From Acidobacteriota bacterium (GTDB lineage Bacteria > Acidobacteriota > Thermoanaerobaculia > Gp7-AA8), in contig JAFATB010000002.1 in NCBI GenBank assembly GCA_019244185.1, positions 32,001 to 96,000 of the forward strand: a stretch of 64,000 nucleotides of DNA, read 5' to 3'. Positions 50,281 through 59,514 of the stretch are shown here, in pieces; positions within the stretch are counted from its first letter, which is position 1; the number at the start of each line of letters is the position of its first letter. The notes under the pieces were generated by a model that saw only the letters and a program-made list of their open reading frames with translations, ran no database searches and was not told where the DNA came from. The position numbers and the translations under genes are program-made.

Positions 50281-51321
50281 ATGACGGAGCTCGAGTCCTC
50301 GCAGCCGAACCCGGAGCCGCCCGCGCCCGAGCCGGCACAGCCCTCCGCGGCCTCGCAGAGCGCAACCGCGGCCAGCGCCGCGCCGCCGCAACCGCCGTGG
50401 CTCGCGCCGCCGCCGCCGCGCAAATCGCGCAAAGGCGTGTTCTTCTTCGGCGCGCTGAGCGGCTGCCTCTTCGCGTTCTTCGGCCTCGCGCTGCTGATCG
50501 CGCTCGGCGCGGCGTACGGCAGCGATTCCGGCGAGATGTCGATCGGCAACGACAAGATCGCCATCATCCCGATCGAAGGGGAGATCGTCGACGCGCGCGA
50601 CACGCTCGACGCGCTGCACAAGTACGCGAAGACGAGCTCCGTGCGCGGCATGGTCGTGCGCATCAACAGCCCCGGCGGCGCCATCGCGCCGTCGCAGGAG
50701 ATCTACTCCGCGATCCGCCGCGTGCATCTCGACACCGGCAAGCCGATCGTCGCCTCGCTCGACAGCGTGGCCGCGTCCGGCGGTTTCTACATCGCCTCCG
50801 CGTGCGACGAGATCGTCGCCAACCCCGGCTCGATCACCGGCTCCATCGGCGTGATCATGCAGTGGTTCGACATGAAGGACCTCGTACAGTGGGCGAAGCT
50901 CAAGCCCGAGACGATCACCAGCGGGCCGCTCAAAGATGCCGGCTCGCCGTACCGCGAGATGACCGACGCCGAGCGGCAGTATTTTCAGCACATCGTCACG
51001 GACCTGCGCGAGCAGTTCGTGCGCGACGTCGCGAATGGACGCAGACAGAAGATGAAGTACGCCGACGTGGACCGCATCGCCGACGGCCGCGTCTTCACCG
51101 GCGAGGAAGCGCTCCGCCTCAAGCTCGTCGATCGCCTCGGCACGATCGACGACGCCGTCGAAACCGCCGGCAAGCTCGCCGGCATCCACGGCGAGCCGGC
51201 GAAGATCTGGCCGCGCCGCAGGCAGGCCTCGCTCGTCGATCTCCTCAGCGGCGGCGACGCCGAGAGCATGATCGAGCGCGTCGTCAGCCGCAGGCTGCCG
51301 AAGTTTCTCTACAGGTGGTAA
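50281..51321 (+). CDS. sppA: Signal peptide peptidase SppA (S49)
   Basis: RINSPGG, AASGGFY, TGSIGV, ADGRVFTG. Confidence 0.93.
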   Translation: MTELESSQPNPEPPAPEPAQPSAASQSATAASAAPPQPPWLAPPPPRKSRKGVFFFGALSGCLFAFFGLALLIALGAAYGSDSGEMSIGNDKIAIIPIEGEIVDARDTLDALHKYAKTSSVRGMVVRINSPGGAIAPSQEIYSAIRRVHLDTGKPIVASLDSVAASGGFYIASACDEIVANPGSITGSIGVIMQWFDMKDLVQWAKLKPETITSGPLKDAGSPYREMTDAERQYFQHIVTDLREQFVRDVANGRRQKMKYADVDRIADGRVFTGEEALRLKLVDRLGTIDDAVETAGKLAGIHGEPAKIWPRRRQASLVDLLSGGDAESMIERVVSRRLPKFLYRW

Positions 51322-51332
51322 GGGAGGCACAC

Positions 51333-51728
51333 TTGGACGAACAGCTTGATGATCTCGATCTCGACGAACAGGATCAGGACGATGCCGAGGACGACGGAGC
51401 GCCGGGCGCCGGCGTGATGACGAAGGCCGAGCTCGTCGACGAGGTCGCGCGCGTCGTGCAGCTCACCAAGAAACAGGCCGAGACGATCGTCAACATCGTC
51501 TTCGACTCCATCGTCGACTCCCTCCGCTCCGGCCAGAAGATCGAACTCCGCGGCTTCGGCAGCTTCCGCCTCCGCAGCCGCAAGTCGCGCACCGGCCGCA
51601 ATCCCAAGACCGGCGAGAAAGTGGAAGTGCCGTCCAAGAAGATCCCGTACTTCAAGCCGGGCAAAGAGCTGAAGGAACTGATCAACAAAGCGCTGGGTGA
51701 GGGCGGGGGCAGCGCGGTTGGCGAGTAA
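51333..51728 (+). CDS. IHF/HU-family DNA-binding protein (IHF-beta-like); core starts at 51417, probable TTG start at 51333
   Basis: MTKAELV...IELRGFGSF...GRNPKTG...PYFKPGKELK; GGGAGG SD 5 nt before the in-frame TTG. Confidence 0.9.
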   Translation: MDEQLDDLDLDEQDQDDAEDDGAPGAGVMTKAELVDEVARVVQLTKKQAETIVNIVFDSIVDSLRSGQKIELRGFGSFRLRSRKSRTGRNPKTGEKVEVPSKKIPYFKPGKELKELINKALGEGGGSAVGE

Positions 51729-51733
51729 AAAGA

Positions 51734-51827
51734 TGAATGAAGAACGCAGAACGCAGAATGAAGAATTGAGAAAGGGTGACCGGGCGATTTCTTCATTCTT
51801 CGTTCTGCGTTCTGCGTTCTTCATTCA
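51734..51827. repeat. Long inverted repeat built from heptamer units (AGAACGC/AGAATGA)
   Basis: 33-nt arms 51734-66 and 51795-827 are complementary with one mismatch. Confidence 0.9.
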
Positions 51828-51830
51828 GCC

Positions 51831-52346
51831 GTGAATACCATCCTCTTCACTCCCTGGAGATATCCCTACTTGACCGCTCCGAAACCGTCGCAGCCGCACG
51901 GCTGCATCTTCTGCAACGCCGCGTCGGCGGAAGACACGCGGGAGACGCTGACGCTGTTTCGCAACGACGCGGCACTGGTGATGCTGAACCGCTATCCGTA
52001 CACGAACGGACATCTGATGGTCGCGCCGGTCGCGCATGAGGCACGGCTGTTCCAGTCGACCGATCAGTCGCTGCGTGCGCTCATTCGTTTGACCGCGGAA
52101 GCGCAGCGGATTCTGTCCGACGTCTACCGACCGGACGGCTTCAACGTCGGGATGAACTTTGGCGAAGTCGCGGGCGCCGGCGTCGCGGACCACTATCACC
52201 TGCACATCGTGCCGCGGTGGGGAGGCGACACGAACTTCATGAGCGTCACCGCGCAGACGCGCCTCGTGCCGGAGGAGCTCGAGGTGACGTTCGACAAGCT
52301 CACGCCGTACTTCACGAAGCTCGACGGAGCGTCCGTCTCCGCATGA
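51831..52346 (+). CDS. HIT-family hydrolase (Ap4A phosphorylase-like)
   Basis: TPWR, CIFC, NRYPYTNGHLM, HYHLHIVPRW. Confidence 0.92.
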   Translation: MNTILFTPWRYPYLTAPKPSQPHGCIFCNAASAEDTRETLTLFRNDAALVMLNRYPYTNGHLMVAPVAHEARLFQSTDQSLRALIRLTAEAQRILSDVYRPDGFNVGMNFGEVAGAGVADHYHLHIVPRWGGDTNFMSVTAQTRLVPEELEVTFDKLTPYFTKLDGASVSA

Positions 52347-52747
52347 ACGCGCGCGCGCTCACCTCGATGCTCCTCGCGCTCGCCGTTCCCGGCGCGGGCC
52401 ACTTCTACCTCGGCCGCCGCGGACGCGCAATCGCGTTCTTCTGCATCGTGGTGCTGCTGTTCCTCATCGGCCTCGCGGTCGACGGCTCGCTCTACACGCT
52501 CGCCGAAAGCAACGGTCAGTTGCTCAAGCGCCTCGCGGCGCTCGGCTCGATGGGCTCGGGACTCGTCTACGTGATCGCGAACGCGATGGGGCCGCACGGC
52601 GTCGTCACCTCGACGACGTTCGAGTACGGCGCGACCTTCATGCTCACCGCGGGGCTCATGAACCTGCTGCTCGTGCTCGACTGTTACGACATCGCCGTCG
52701 GCCGCAAGACCGCGTCCGATGCGCGAAGGAGCGACGCGGCCGCATGA
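52343..52747 (+). CDS. Small membrane protein (DUF6677-like)
   Basis: VPGAGHFYLGRRGR...EYG..F...AGLMNLL. Confidence 0.7.
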   Translation: MNARALTSMLLALAVPGAGHFYLGRRGRAIAFFCIVVLLFLIGLAVDGSLYTLAESNGQLLKRLAALGSMGSGLVYVIANAMGPHGVVTSTTFEYGATFMLTAGLMNLLLVLDCYDIAVGRKTASDARRSDAAA

Positions 52748-52929
52748 GCGTTCTCCGCAACCACGTCGTGCTGATGTTTCTCTACTCCGTCGCGACGGCG
52801 CTGTTTTTCGCGCTGCTGTGGCGCGAGACGCGGCGCGACCAGATCCGCCTCTTCGTGATCGTCTTCGTCGCGCTCTTCATCGGCGGCGTCGCCCTCGGCT
52901 GGGCGATGTTCCCGTTCCCGATCAAATGA
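52744..52929 (+). CDS. Small two-TM membrane protein
   Basis: 61 aa, ATGA-coupled, two hydrophobic segments, ends WAMFPFPIK. Confidence 0.7.
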   Translation: MSVLRNHVVLMFLYSVATALFFALLWRETRRDQIRLFVIVFVALFIGGVALGWAMFPFPIK

Positions 52930-52942
52930 GAAGGCGGCCGCG

Positions 52943-54055
52943 GTGAAACTCGCCGTCGTCGCCGGCGAAGCCTCCGGCGATCTCCATGCCTCCGAGGTCA
53001 TTCGCGAGCTGCGCAAACGCGAGCCGGAGCTCGCGCTGTTCGGCATCGGCGGCGATCTCCTCGCGGCGGAAGGGATGGAGATTCTCCATCACGCGAAAGA
53101 CCTCGGCATCGTCGGACTCTTCAACGTGCTGCGGCACCTGCCGATGTTCCGGCGCGTGTTCCGCGAGCTGATCGAGCGCATCGAGCGCGAGCGGCCCGAC
53201 GTCGTCTTCCTCATCGACTATCCCGACTTCAACCTGCGCGTCGCGAAACGCTGCAAGGAGCTCGGGCTGCGCGTCGTCTACTACATCTCGCCGCAGATCT
53301 GGGCGTGGCGCACGGGACGCGTGCGGCACATCGCCAGGTACGTCGACCGCATGCTCGTGATCTTCCCGTTCGAGGAGACGTTCTACCGCGAGCATCAGGT
53401 GCCGGTGACGTACGTCGGACATCCGCTCATCGAACAGCTCGGCCATGTGACGAAGCCTCCGCGTCGCGGCGACGTGCTGCGCATCGCGCTGATGCCCGGT
53501 TCGCGGCGGATGGAAGTCGAGTCGCTGCTGCCGCCGATGCTCGACGCGATCGACGTGCTGCGCCGCGAGCGCGCGATCGACGCGTACATCATTCAGGCGC
53601 CGACGATCGCCATCGAGCTGCTGCAGCGCATCGTGGCGGAGAAGGGGATCGACGTGCCGGTTCTGCCGAACGCTGACAATGGTCGCGGCGAAGGCGTCGC
53701 GTCGGCGGACGTCTCGCTCTCATCCTCCGGCACCGCCACGCTCGAGTCGGCGATCCTCGGCACGCCCGTCGTCGTGATGTATCGCCTCAGCCGCGCCACG
53801 TACGCGCTTGCGAAAAAACTCGTGCGCCTGCCGCACTTCGGCCTCGTGAACATCGTCGCGGGAAAAGAAGTCGTCCCGGAGCTGATTCAGGAAGACGTCA
53901 ACGGCGAGCGGATCGCGGCGGAAGTGCGCAAGCTCGTCGAGCCGCGGCGTTACGCCGAGGTCACCGCGGAGCTCGCGCGCGTACGCGAGTTGCTCGGCGA
54001 GCCGGGCGCCGCGACGCGCGCCGCCGAAGAAATCCATAAGATGGGAGCGCGATGA
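52943..54055 (+). CDS. lpxB: Lipid-A-disaccharide synthase
   Basis: AGEASGD, IDYPDFN, SPQIWAWR, FPFE, YVGHP, PGSRRME, SGTATLE. Confidence 0.96.
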   Translation: MKLAVVAGEASGDLHASEVIRELRKREPELALFGIGGDLLAAEGMEILHHAKDLGIVGLFNVLRHLPMFRRVFRELIERIERERPDVVFLIDYPDFNLRVAKRCKELGLRVVYYISPQIWAWRTGRVRHIARYVDRMLVIFPFEETFYREHQVPVTYVGHPLIEQLGHVTKPPRRGDVLRIALMPGSRRMEVESLLPPMLDAIDVLRRERAIDAYIIQAPTIAIELLQRIVAEKGIDVPVLPNADNGRGEGVASADVSLSSSGTATLESAILGTPVVVMYRLSRATYALAKKLVRLPHFGLVNIVAGKEVVPELIQEDVNGERIAAEVRKLVEPRRYAEVTAELARVRELLGEPGAATRAAEEIHKMGAR

Positions 54056-55935
54056 AGCTCCTGCGCCGGCTGTACGGATATCTCGCCCGCTACAAAGCGT
54101 GGGCGGTGCTGGCGTTCGGCTCGATGCTGGTCTTCGCGGCGACGCAGACCATGCTCATGATCCTCGTGCGGCCGCTGTTCGACGAGGTGCTGACGCGCCC
54201 GACGGCGCGCGCCGCGGTGACTCGCACGGACACGGAACGGCAGGCGGTGCTCGACGCGGTGTTGAATCGCGATCGTCCGGTCGGCCAGCGCGGCGCGGTG
54301 ATCAACGCGTACGACCGCGCGCAGGCGCGCTGGGACGCGTGGTGGAACGGCAGTCCGTCGAAGAAGGCGCAGCGCGTGCTGATGGCGCTCTTCATCGTCT
54401 TCATGATCCGCGCGTTCACGTCGTTCTTCTCCGAGTACGCGTTTCAGAAAGTCGGACTCTCGACGGTGCGCGATCTGCGGAACGAGCTGTACGAGCGGAT
54501 CATCCAGCAGAGCCACCGCTTCTTCAGCGAGCGCAGCACGGGCGAGATGGTGAGCCGCGTGGTGTCGGATGCGGACGCGATCCAGGCCGCGGTGTCGACG
54601 CGCATGGGCGACTTGTTTCAGGAGTCGATCACGCTCCTCGGATTGATCGGCTTCATTTTCATTTCGAACACCGAGCTCGCGCTGATCAGCATGATCGCGG
54701 CGCCGGTGATCGTGCTCCCGGTCGTGCAGTTCGGACGGCGTCTGCGCCGCACGACGCATCGCTCGCAGGAGCGGATGGCGGACATCGCCACGCTGCTCGA
54801 GGAAACGATCCGCGGCGTGCGCATCGTGAAGGCGTTCACGATGGAGAACTTCGAGATCGGCCGCTTCCGCGAGGCCACGCGGAAACATCTCAGCTGGAAC
54901 CTCAAAGCGCAGCGCGTGCAGGCGCTCACCTCGCCGGTGATGGAGCTGCTGGCCGGCTTCTGCATGCTCGCGCTCTTCAGCTACGCGCATCGCCGCATCG
55001 CCAACGGCACGCTGACGACGGGGCAGTTCGTCAGCTTCCTCACCGCGCTCGCGGCGATGTACGCGCCGCTCAAGAAACTCAACAAAGTCAACCTCTCCGT
55101 GAACACCGCGCTCTCCGCGGCCGCGCGCGTGTTCGGCATGCTCGACATCGACAACGAAGTGAAAGAAAAACCGGACGCGGTCGTGATGCGCGGCGTCGGC
55201 GCGGGCGTGCGCTACGAGCACGTCAGCTTCGCGTACGGCAACGAGCCGGTGTTGCGCAACGTCGATCTCACCATCGCGCCGGGCGAGATCGTCGCGCTGG
55301 TCGGCGGCAGCGGCGCCGGCAAATCGACGTTCGTCAATCTGCTGCCGCGCTTCTACGACGTGAACGCCGGACGCATCACGATCGACGGCATCGACGTCCG
55401 CGACGCGACGTTGCAGTCGCTCCGCGGGCTCATGGGATTCGTCACGCAGGAAGTCGTGCTGTTCAACGACACCGTGCGCAACAACATCGCGTACGGCCGT
55501 GCCGACGCGGACGAGCGGCTCGTCATCGAGGCGGCGAAGGCGGCCAACGCGCACGACTTCATCAGCGCGCTGCCGCAGGGTTACGACACGCAGATCGGCG
55601 AGAGCGGCGTGCTGCTCTCCGGCGGCCAGCGCCAGCGCCTCGCCATCGCACGCGCGCTGTTCAAGGATCCGCCGATCCTCGTGCTCGACGAAGCGACCTC
55701 CGCGCTCGACACGGAATCCGAGCGGCTCGTGCAGCAGGCGCTGAACAACCTCATGCGCGGTCGCACGACGCTGGTCATCGCGCACCGGCTGTCGACGATC
55801 CGCAGCGCGCACAAGATCGTGGCGCTCGACAAAGGGCAGATCGTGGAGATGGGCACGCACGAGGAGTTGCTCGCGCGGCGCGGCGTGTATCGCAAGCTGC
55901 ACGATCTGCAGTTCGCCGATGAGGTCGCGGTCTGA
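54052..55935 (+). CDS. msbA: Lipid A export ABC transporter MsbA
   Basis: TMD plus GGSGAGKST, LSGGQRQR, LDEATSALD; directly after lpxB. Confidence 0.85.
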   Translation: MKLLRRLYGYLARYKAWAVLAFGSMLVFAATQTMLMILVRPLFDEVLTRPTARAAVTRTDTERQAVLDAVLNRDRPVGQRGAVINAYDRAQARWDAWWNGSPSKKAQRVLMALFIVFMIRAFTSFFSEYAFQKVGLSTVRDLRNELYERIIQQSHRFFSERSTGEMVSRVVSDADAIQAAVSTRMGDLFQESITLLGLIGFIFISNTELALISMIAAPVIVLPVVQFGRRLRRTTHRSQERMADIATLLEETIRGVRIVKAFTMENFEIGRFREATRKHLSWNLKAQRVQALTSPVMELLAGFCMLALFSYAHRRIANGTLTTGQFVSFLTALAAMYAPLKKLNKVNLSVNTALSAAARVFGMLDIDNEVKEKPDAVVMRGVGAGVRYEHVSFAYGNEPVLRNVDLTIAPGEIVALVGGSGAGKSTFVNLLPRFYDVNAGRITIDGIDVRDATLQSLRGLMGFVTQEVVLFNDTVRNNIAYGRADADERLVIEAAKAANAHDFISALPQGYDTQIGESGVLLSGGQRQRLAIARALFKDPPILVLDEATSALDTESERLVQQALNNLMRGRTTLVIAHRLSTIRSAHKIVALDKGQIVEMGTHEELLARRGVYRKLHDLQFADEVAV

Positions 55936-56545
55936 TGAAGCTCGTCTCCTTCATCGCCTCGCTCTTCATCCGCACGCTGCGCGCGACGCTGCGCATCCGC
56001 CACATCGACGCGCAGAACCTCGAACATCAGCCGCAGTACATCCTCGCGTTCTGGCACGCGCATCTGCTGCTCATGCTGCACTCGCGGTATCGCAAGCCGA
56101 TCTCGGTGATGATCTCGCAGTCGAAAGACGGCGAGTACATCGCGCGCGTGTTCGACTGGTACGGCGTCGACGCGGTGCGCGGCTCGTCGACGCGCGGCGG
56201 CACGGCGGCGCTGCGCGAGCTGCTGCGCGAGGCGCGCGCCGGCAAGAACATCGTCTTCACGCCCGACGGGCCGAAGGGTCCGGCGCGCGTGGCGAAGGAC
56301 GGCGTCGTCTACGCGGCGCGCGCGACCGGGTTGCCGATCGTCCCGGTGGCCTTCGCGGCGCAAAAAAAAAACTTCTCCGCTCATGGGACCGCATGGTCGT
56401 CCCGCTGCCGTTCTCGAAAGCGCTCTTCCTGTACGGATCGCCGATCGTCGTGCCGCGTGACGGTGACGTCGAGACGTGGCGCGGGCGCGTCGAGCAGGCG
56501 ATGAATCAGCTGGCCGACACGGCCGAACGAATGGTGAACGAATGA
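55935..56545 (+). CDS. DUF374 lysophospholipid/lipid A acyltransferase (LpxJ-like), interrupted by a -1 frameshift at the A10 tract 56362-71
   Basis: AFWH, ISQSKDGE, RGSSTRGG, TPDGPKGP in frame 0; KKLLRSWDRMVVPLPFSK continues in the -1 frame to a TGA overlapping the yicC ATG. Confidence 0.85.
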
Positions 56546-57432
56546 TCCACAGCATGACCGGTTTCGGCCGCGCCGCGGGCGCGCTCTCGCCACGCTACTT
56601 CGCGACGGTGACGGCCAAGAGCGTCAACCATCGCTATCTCGAAGTCTCGGTGCGCCTGCCCGAGTATCTGTGGGATCTCGAGTCGGCGTTGCGCGCCGCG
56701 GCCTCCGAGGCGTTCTCGCGCGGCAAGCTCGACCTCAGCATCCGCGTGCAGCGCACGCAGCAGCCCGACTACAACGTGCGCATCAACGCGCAGATCGCGA
56801 ACACCGTGATCCCGCAGCTGCGCTCGATCGCCGAGGAACTGGGACTCGGCTCGTCGCTGACGGGTTCCGATCTCATGCGCGTGCCCGATCTGCTGCAGGT
56901 CGAAGCGCTCGATGCCGAGGTCACCGATGACGAGCGCGAAGCGCTCGTGCGCCTCGCGCGTGAGGCGTTCGCGCAGATGACGGCCATGCGCGCGCGCGAA
57001 GGCGAAACGTTGCGCGGCGACATCACCGCGCGCCTCGGCGCGATGCGCACGCTCTCCGCGCAGCTCTCCGCGCATCGCGATGACGTGCGCGCGGAACTGC
57101 TCGCGTCGTATCAGCAGCGCGTTCACGAGATCGCCGGCGCCGCGGGCGTCGAGGTGCCGCAGGAGCGCATCGCCCAGGAAGTGGTGATGATGGTTGAGAA
57201 GGGCGACATCGCCGAAGAGCTCACGCGTCTCGCGCATCACATCGAACAGAGCGAGAAGCTCGTCGATGCACGCGAGGCCGCGGGCAAGAAGCTCGACTTC
57301 ATCTCGCAGGAGATGATCCGCGAGATCAACACCATGGGCTCGAAGTCGCGCTCGGCGGCCATCCGAACGCTGGTTGTAGAATTGAAGACGGAGGTCGAGC
57401 GCATCCGCGAGCAGGTCCAGAATGTCGAGTAA
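56542..57432 (+). CDS. yicC: YicC/YloC-family endoribonuclease
   Basis: MIHSMTGFGR, KSVNHRYLE, DIAEELTRL, GKKLDF..QEM.RE.NT.GSK, IREQVQNVE. Confidence 0.93.
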   Translation: MIHSMTGFGRAAGALSPRYFATVTAKSVNHRYLEVSVRLPEYLWDLESALRAAASEAFSRGKLDLSIRVQRTQQPDYNVRINAQIANTVIPQLRSIAEELGLGSSLTGSDLMRVPDLLQVEALDAEVTDDEREALVRLAREAFAQMTAMRAREGETLRGDITARLGAMRTLSAQLSAHRDDVRAELLASYQQRVHEIAGAAGVEVPQERIAQEVVMMVEKGDIAEELTRLAHHIEQSEKLVDAREAAGKKLDFISQEMIREINTMGSKSRSAAIRTLVVELKTEVERIREQVQNVE

Positions 57433-58108
57433 TTTCCATCCGGACGGGACGTTGTTCATCGTCTCGGGGCCGTCCGGCGCGGGCAAGACCACTCTCATCA
57501 ACGCGGTGCGCGAACGGCTGTCCGCCGTCAAGATCGAGCTCTATTTCTCCGTCTCGCACACGACGCGCAAGCCGCGCGCGGGCGAGCACGACGGCATCAA
57601 CTATCACTACGTCTCGGCCGACACCTTTCGCGACATGGTTGCGCGCGGGGAATTTCTCGAATGGGCCCACGTTCATGCCCACGACTACGGAACCTCGAAA
57701 GCCGAGGTCGTGGGCCGTCTGCTCGACGGCCAGGATGTGATCCTTGACATCGATTACCAGGGCGCGAAGCAGATCGCGGAGGACACGGACCTCGAGTCGC
57801 GGTCGCTGAGCGTCTTCATTTTCCCGCCGTCGCTGGACGTGCTCGAACAGCGGCTGCACTCGCGCGGTCTCAACAGCAACGACGAGATCGACCTGCGGCT
57901 GCGCAAAGCGATCGCCGAGATCGACGAGGGAAAAGGGTTTTACGACTACATCATCATCAACGACGATCTCGAGATCGCCACGGAATGCCTGAAGGCGGCG
58001 ATCATCGCCAAGAAACTGCAGACCAAAACCGCGCTCGATGCGATCCACAAGATGGCCGAGCGATTCAAAGAGGAGGATCGCAATGGAAGGACTGCCCGAG
58101 GGAATTGA
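57422..58108 (+). CDS. gmk: Guanylate kinase
   Basis: SGPSGAGKTT, SVSHTTRKPR.GE, FLEWA, YGT, DIDYQGA. Confidence 0.96.
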   Translation: MSSNFHPDGTLFIVSGPSGAGKTTLINAVRERLSAVKIELYFSVSHTTRKPRAGEHDGINYHYVSADTFRDMVARGEFLEWAHVHAHDYGTSKAEVVGRLLDGQDVILDIDYQGAKQIAEDTDLESRSLSVFIFPPSLDVLEQRLHSRGLNSNDEIDLRLRKAIAEIDEGKGFYDYIIINDDLEIATECLKAAIIAKKLQTKTALDAIHKMAERFKEEDRNGRTARGN

Positions 58109-58298
58109 CAGCAAGTTCCGCTACGTGCTGCTGGTCTCGAAGCGCGCCGAACAGCTCATTCAGGGTGCGCAGCCGCGCACGAAGAGCCGTCACGCAAAGC
58201 CGACGCGCGTGGCCATGGAAGAAGTGGAGCGCAACCAGGTCAAGTGGCAGATGACGCCGCCGACCGAAGAGACCACCGCGCTGGAGACGAACGAGTAG
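58083..58298 (+). CDS. rpoZ: RNA polymerase omega subunit
   Basis: DSKFRYVLLVSKRAEQL...KPTRVAMEE; lies between gmk and coaBC. Confidence 0.92.
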   Translation: MEGLPEGIDSKFRYVLLVSKRAEQLIQGAQPRTKSRHAKPTRVAMEEVERNQVKWQMTPPTEETTALETNE

Positions 58299-58316
58299 CG
58301 AATCGTTCGTAGCCGT

Positions 58317-59504
58317 ATGAACATCGTTCTCGGCGTCTCGGGCGGCATCGCCGCCTACAAGGCTCCCGAGCTGGTGCGCCGGCTCCGCGATGCGGGTGCT
58401 GACGTCCGCGTGATCCTGACGCCGAATGCGGCGCGTTTCGTTTCGCCGCTCTCTCTCGCCGCGGTCTCGAACCACGGCGTCATCGTCGAACAATGGGGCG
58501 ACGCCGGACACGGCGGCGTCGACCACATCGAGCTCGCGCGATGGGCCGAGCTCCTCTTCATCGCGCCGGCCACCGCGAACGTCATCGCCAAGCTGACCGC
58601 CGGCATCGCCGACGACGCGCTCACGACGTACGCGCTCGCGCATCGCGCGGAGCTCGTCATCGCGCCGGCGATGAACACGTTCATGCTCGCGCATCCCACC
58701 GTGCAGCAGAACATCGAGACGCTGCGCGCGCGCGGCGCCGGCATCATCGAGCCGGTCAACGGTCTGCTCGCGTGCGGCGAGGAAGGCGCGGGGAAGATGC
58801 CCGACGTGCCGCTGCTCGTCGAGCACATCCGCGGGCACTTTGCCTCGCGCGATCTCGACGGGAAGTCCGTGCTCGTCACCGCCGGACCGACGCGCGAGCC
58901 GCTCGATCCGGTGCGCTATCTCTCGAACCGCTCGTCGGGAAAGATGGGCTACGCGCTCGCGGAAGCGGCGCGCCGCCGCGGCGCGAACGTGACGCTCGTG
59001 ACCGGCCCGACCGCGTTGCCCGCGCCCGCCGGCGTCGCGCTGACGCGCGTCACGACCGCGGCTGAGATGCACGCCGCGGTGCTCGCCGCCGCGCCGCATC
59101 ATCAGATCGTGATCAAGGCCGCCGCCGTCGCCGACTTCGCCGCCGCGAACGTCGCCGATCAGAAGATCAAGAAGAGCGAGTCGAGCGACGAGCTGACGCT
59201 GCGGCTGGTGAAGAATCCCGACATCCTCGCCGACGTCGCGCGCGTCTCGCCGCGGCCGTTCATCGTCGCCTTCGCCGCCGAAACCGAAGCGGTCGAAGAG
59301 CAGGCGAGGGCGAAGCTGCAGCGCAAGGGCGCCGACCTCATCGTTGCGAACGACGTCGCGGACCGCACCATCGGCTTCGACTCCGATCAGAACGAAGCCC
59401 TGGTCATCGCGAAGGACGGCGAGGTCACGCGGCTCGCGAAAGCGGGGAAGCTGGCCATCGCCAATCGCGTGCTCGATATCGTCGTCGGCCGACTTGCCCG
59501 ATAA
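58317..59504 (+). CDS. coaBC: Phosphopantothenoylcysteine decarboxylase/ligase
   Basis: GGIAAYK, APATAN, APAMN, LACG, TAGPTRE.LDPVRY.SN.SSGKMG, FAAET. Confidence 0.96.
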   Translation: MNIVLGVSGGIAAYKAPELVRRLRDAGADVRVILTPNAARFVSPLSLAAVSNHGVIVEQWGDAGHGGVDHIELARWAELLFIAPATANVIAKLTAGIADDALTTYALAHRAELVIAPAMNTFMLAHPTVQQNIETLRARGAGIIEPVNGLLACGEEGAGKMPDVPLLVEHIRGHFASRDLDGKSVLVTAGPTREPLDPVRYLSNRSSGKMGYALAEAARRRGANVTLVTGPTALPAPAGVALTRVTTAAEMHAAVLAAAPHHQIVIKAAAVADFAAANVADQKIKKSESSDELTLRLVKNPDILADVARVSPRPFIVAFAAETEAVEEQARAKLQRKGADLIVANDVADRTIGFDSDQNEALVIAKDGEVTRLAKAGKLAIANRVLDIVVGRLAR

Positions 59505-59514
59505 TCGTTCCCGC

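Noticed and set aside
48484-51330. Very long antisense ORFs (948 aa here; similar ones over aspS, uvrB, msbA)
   Set aside because: Expected from high GC and codon bias; no recognisable motifs, and they lie opposite clear genes.
51734-51827. Possible CRISPR array or rho-independent terminator
   Set aside because: No repeat-spacer periodicity, no cas genes, and no poly-U tail.
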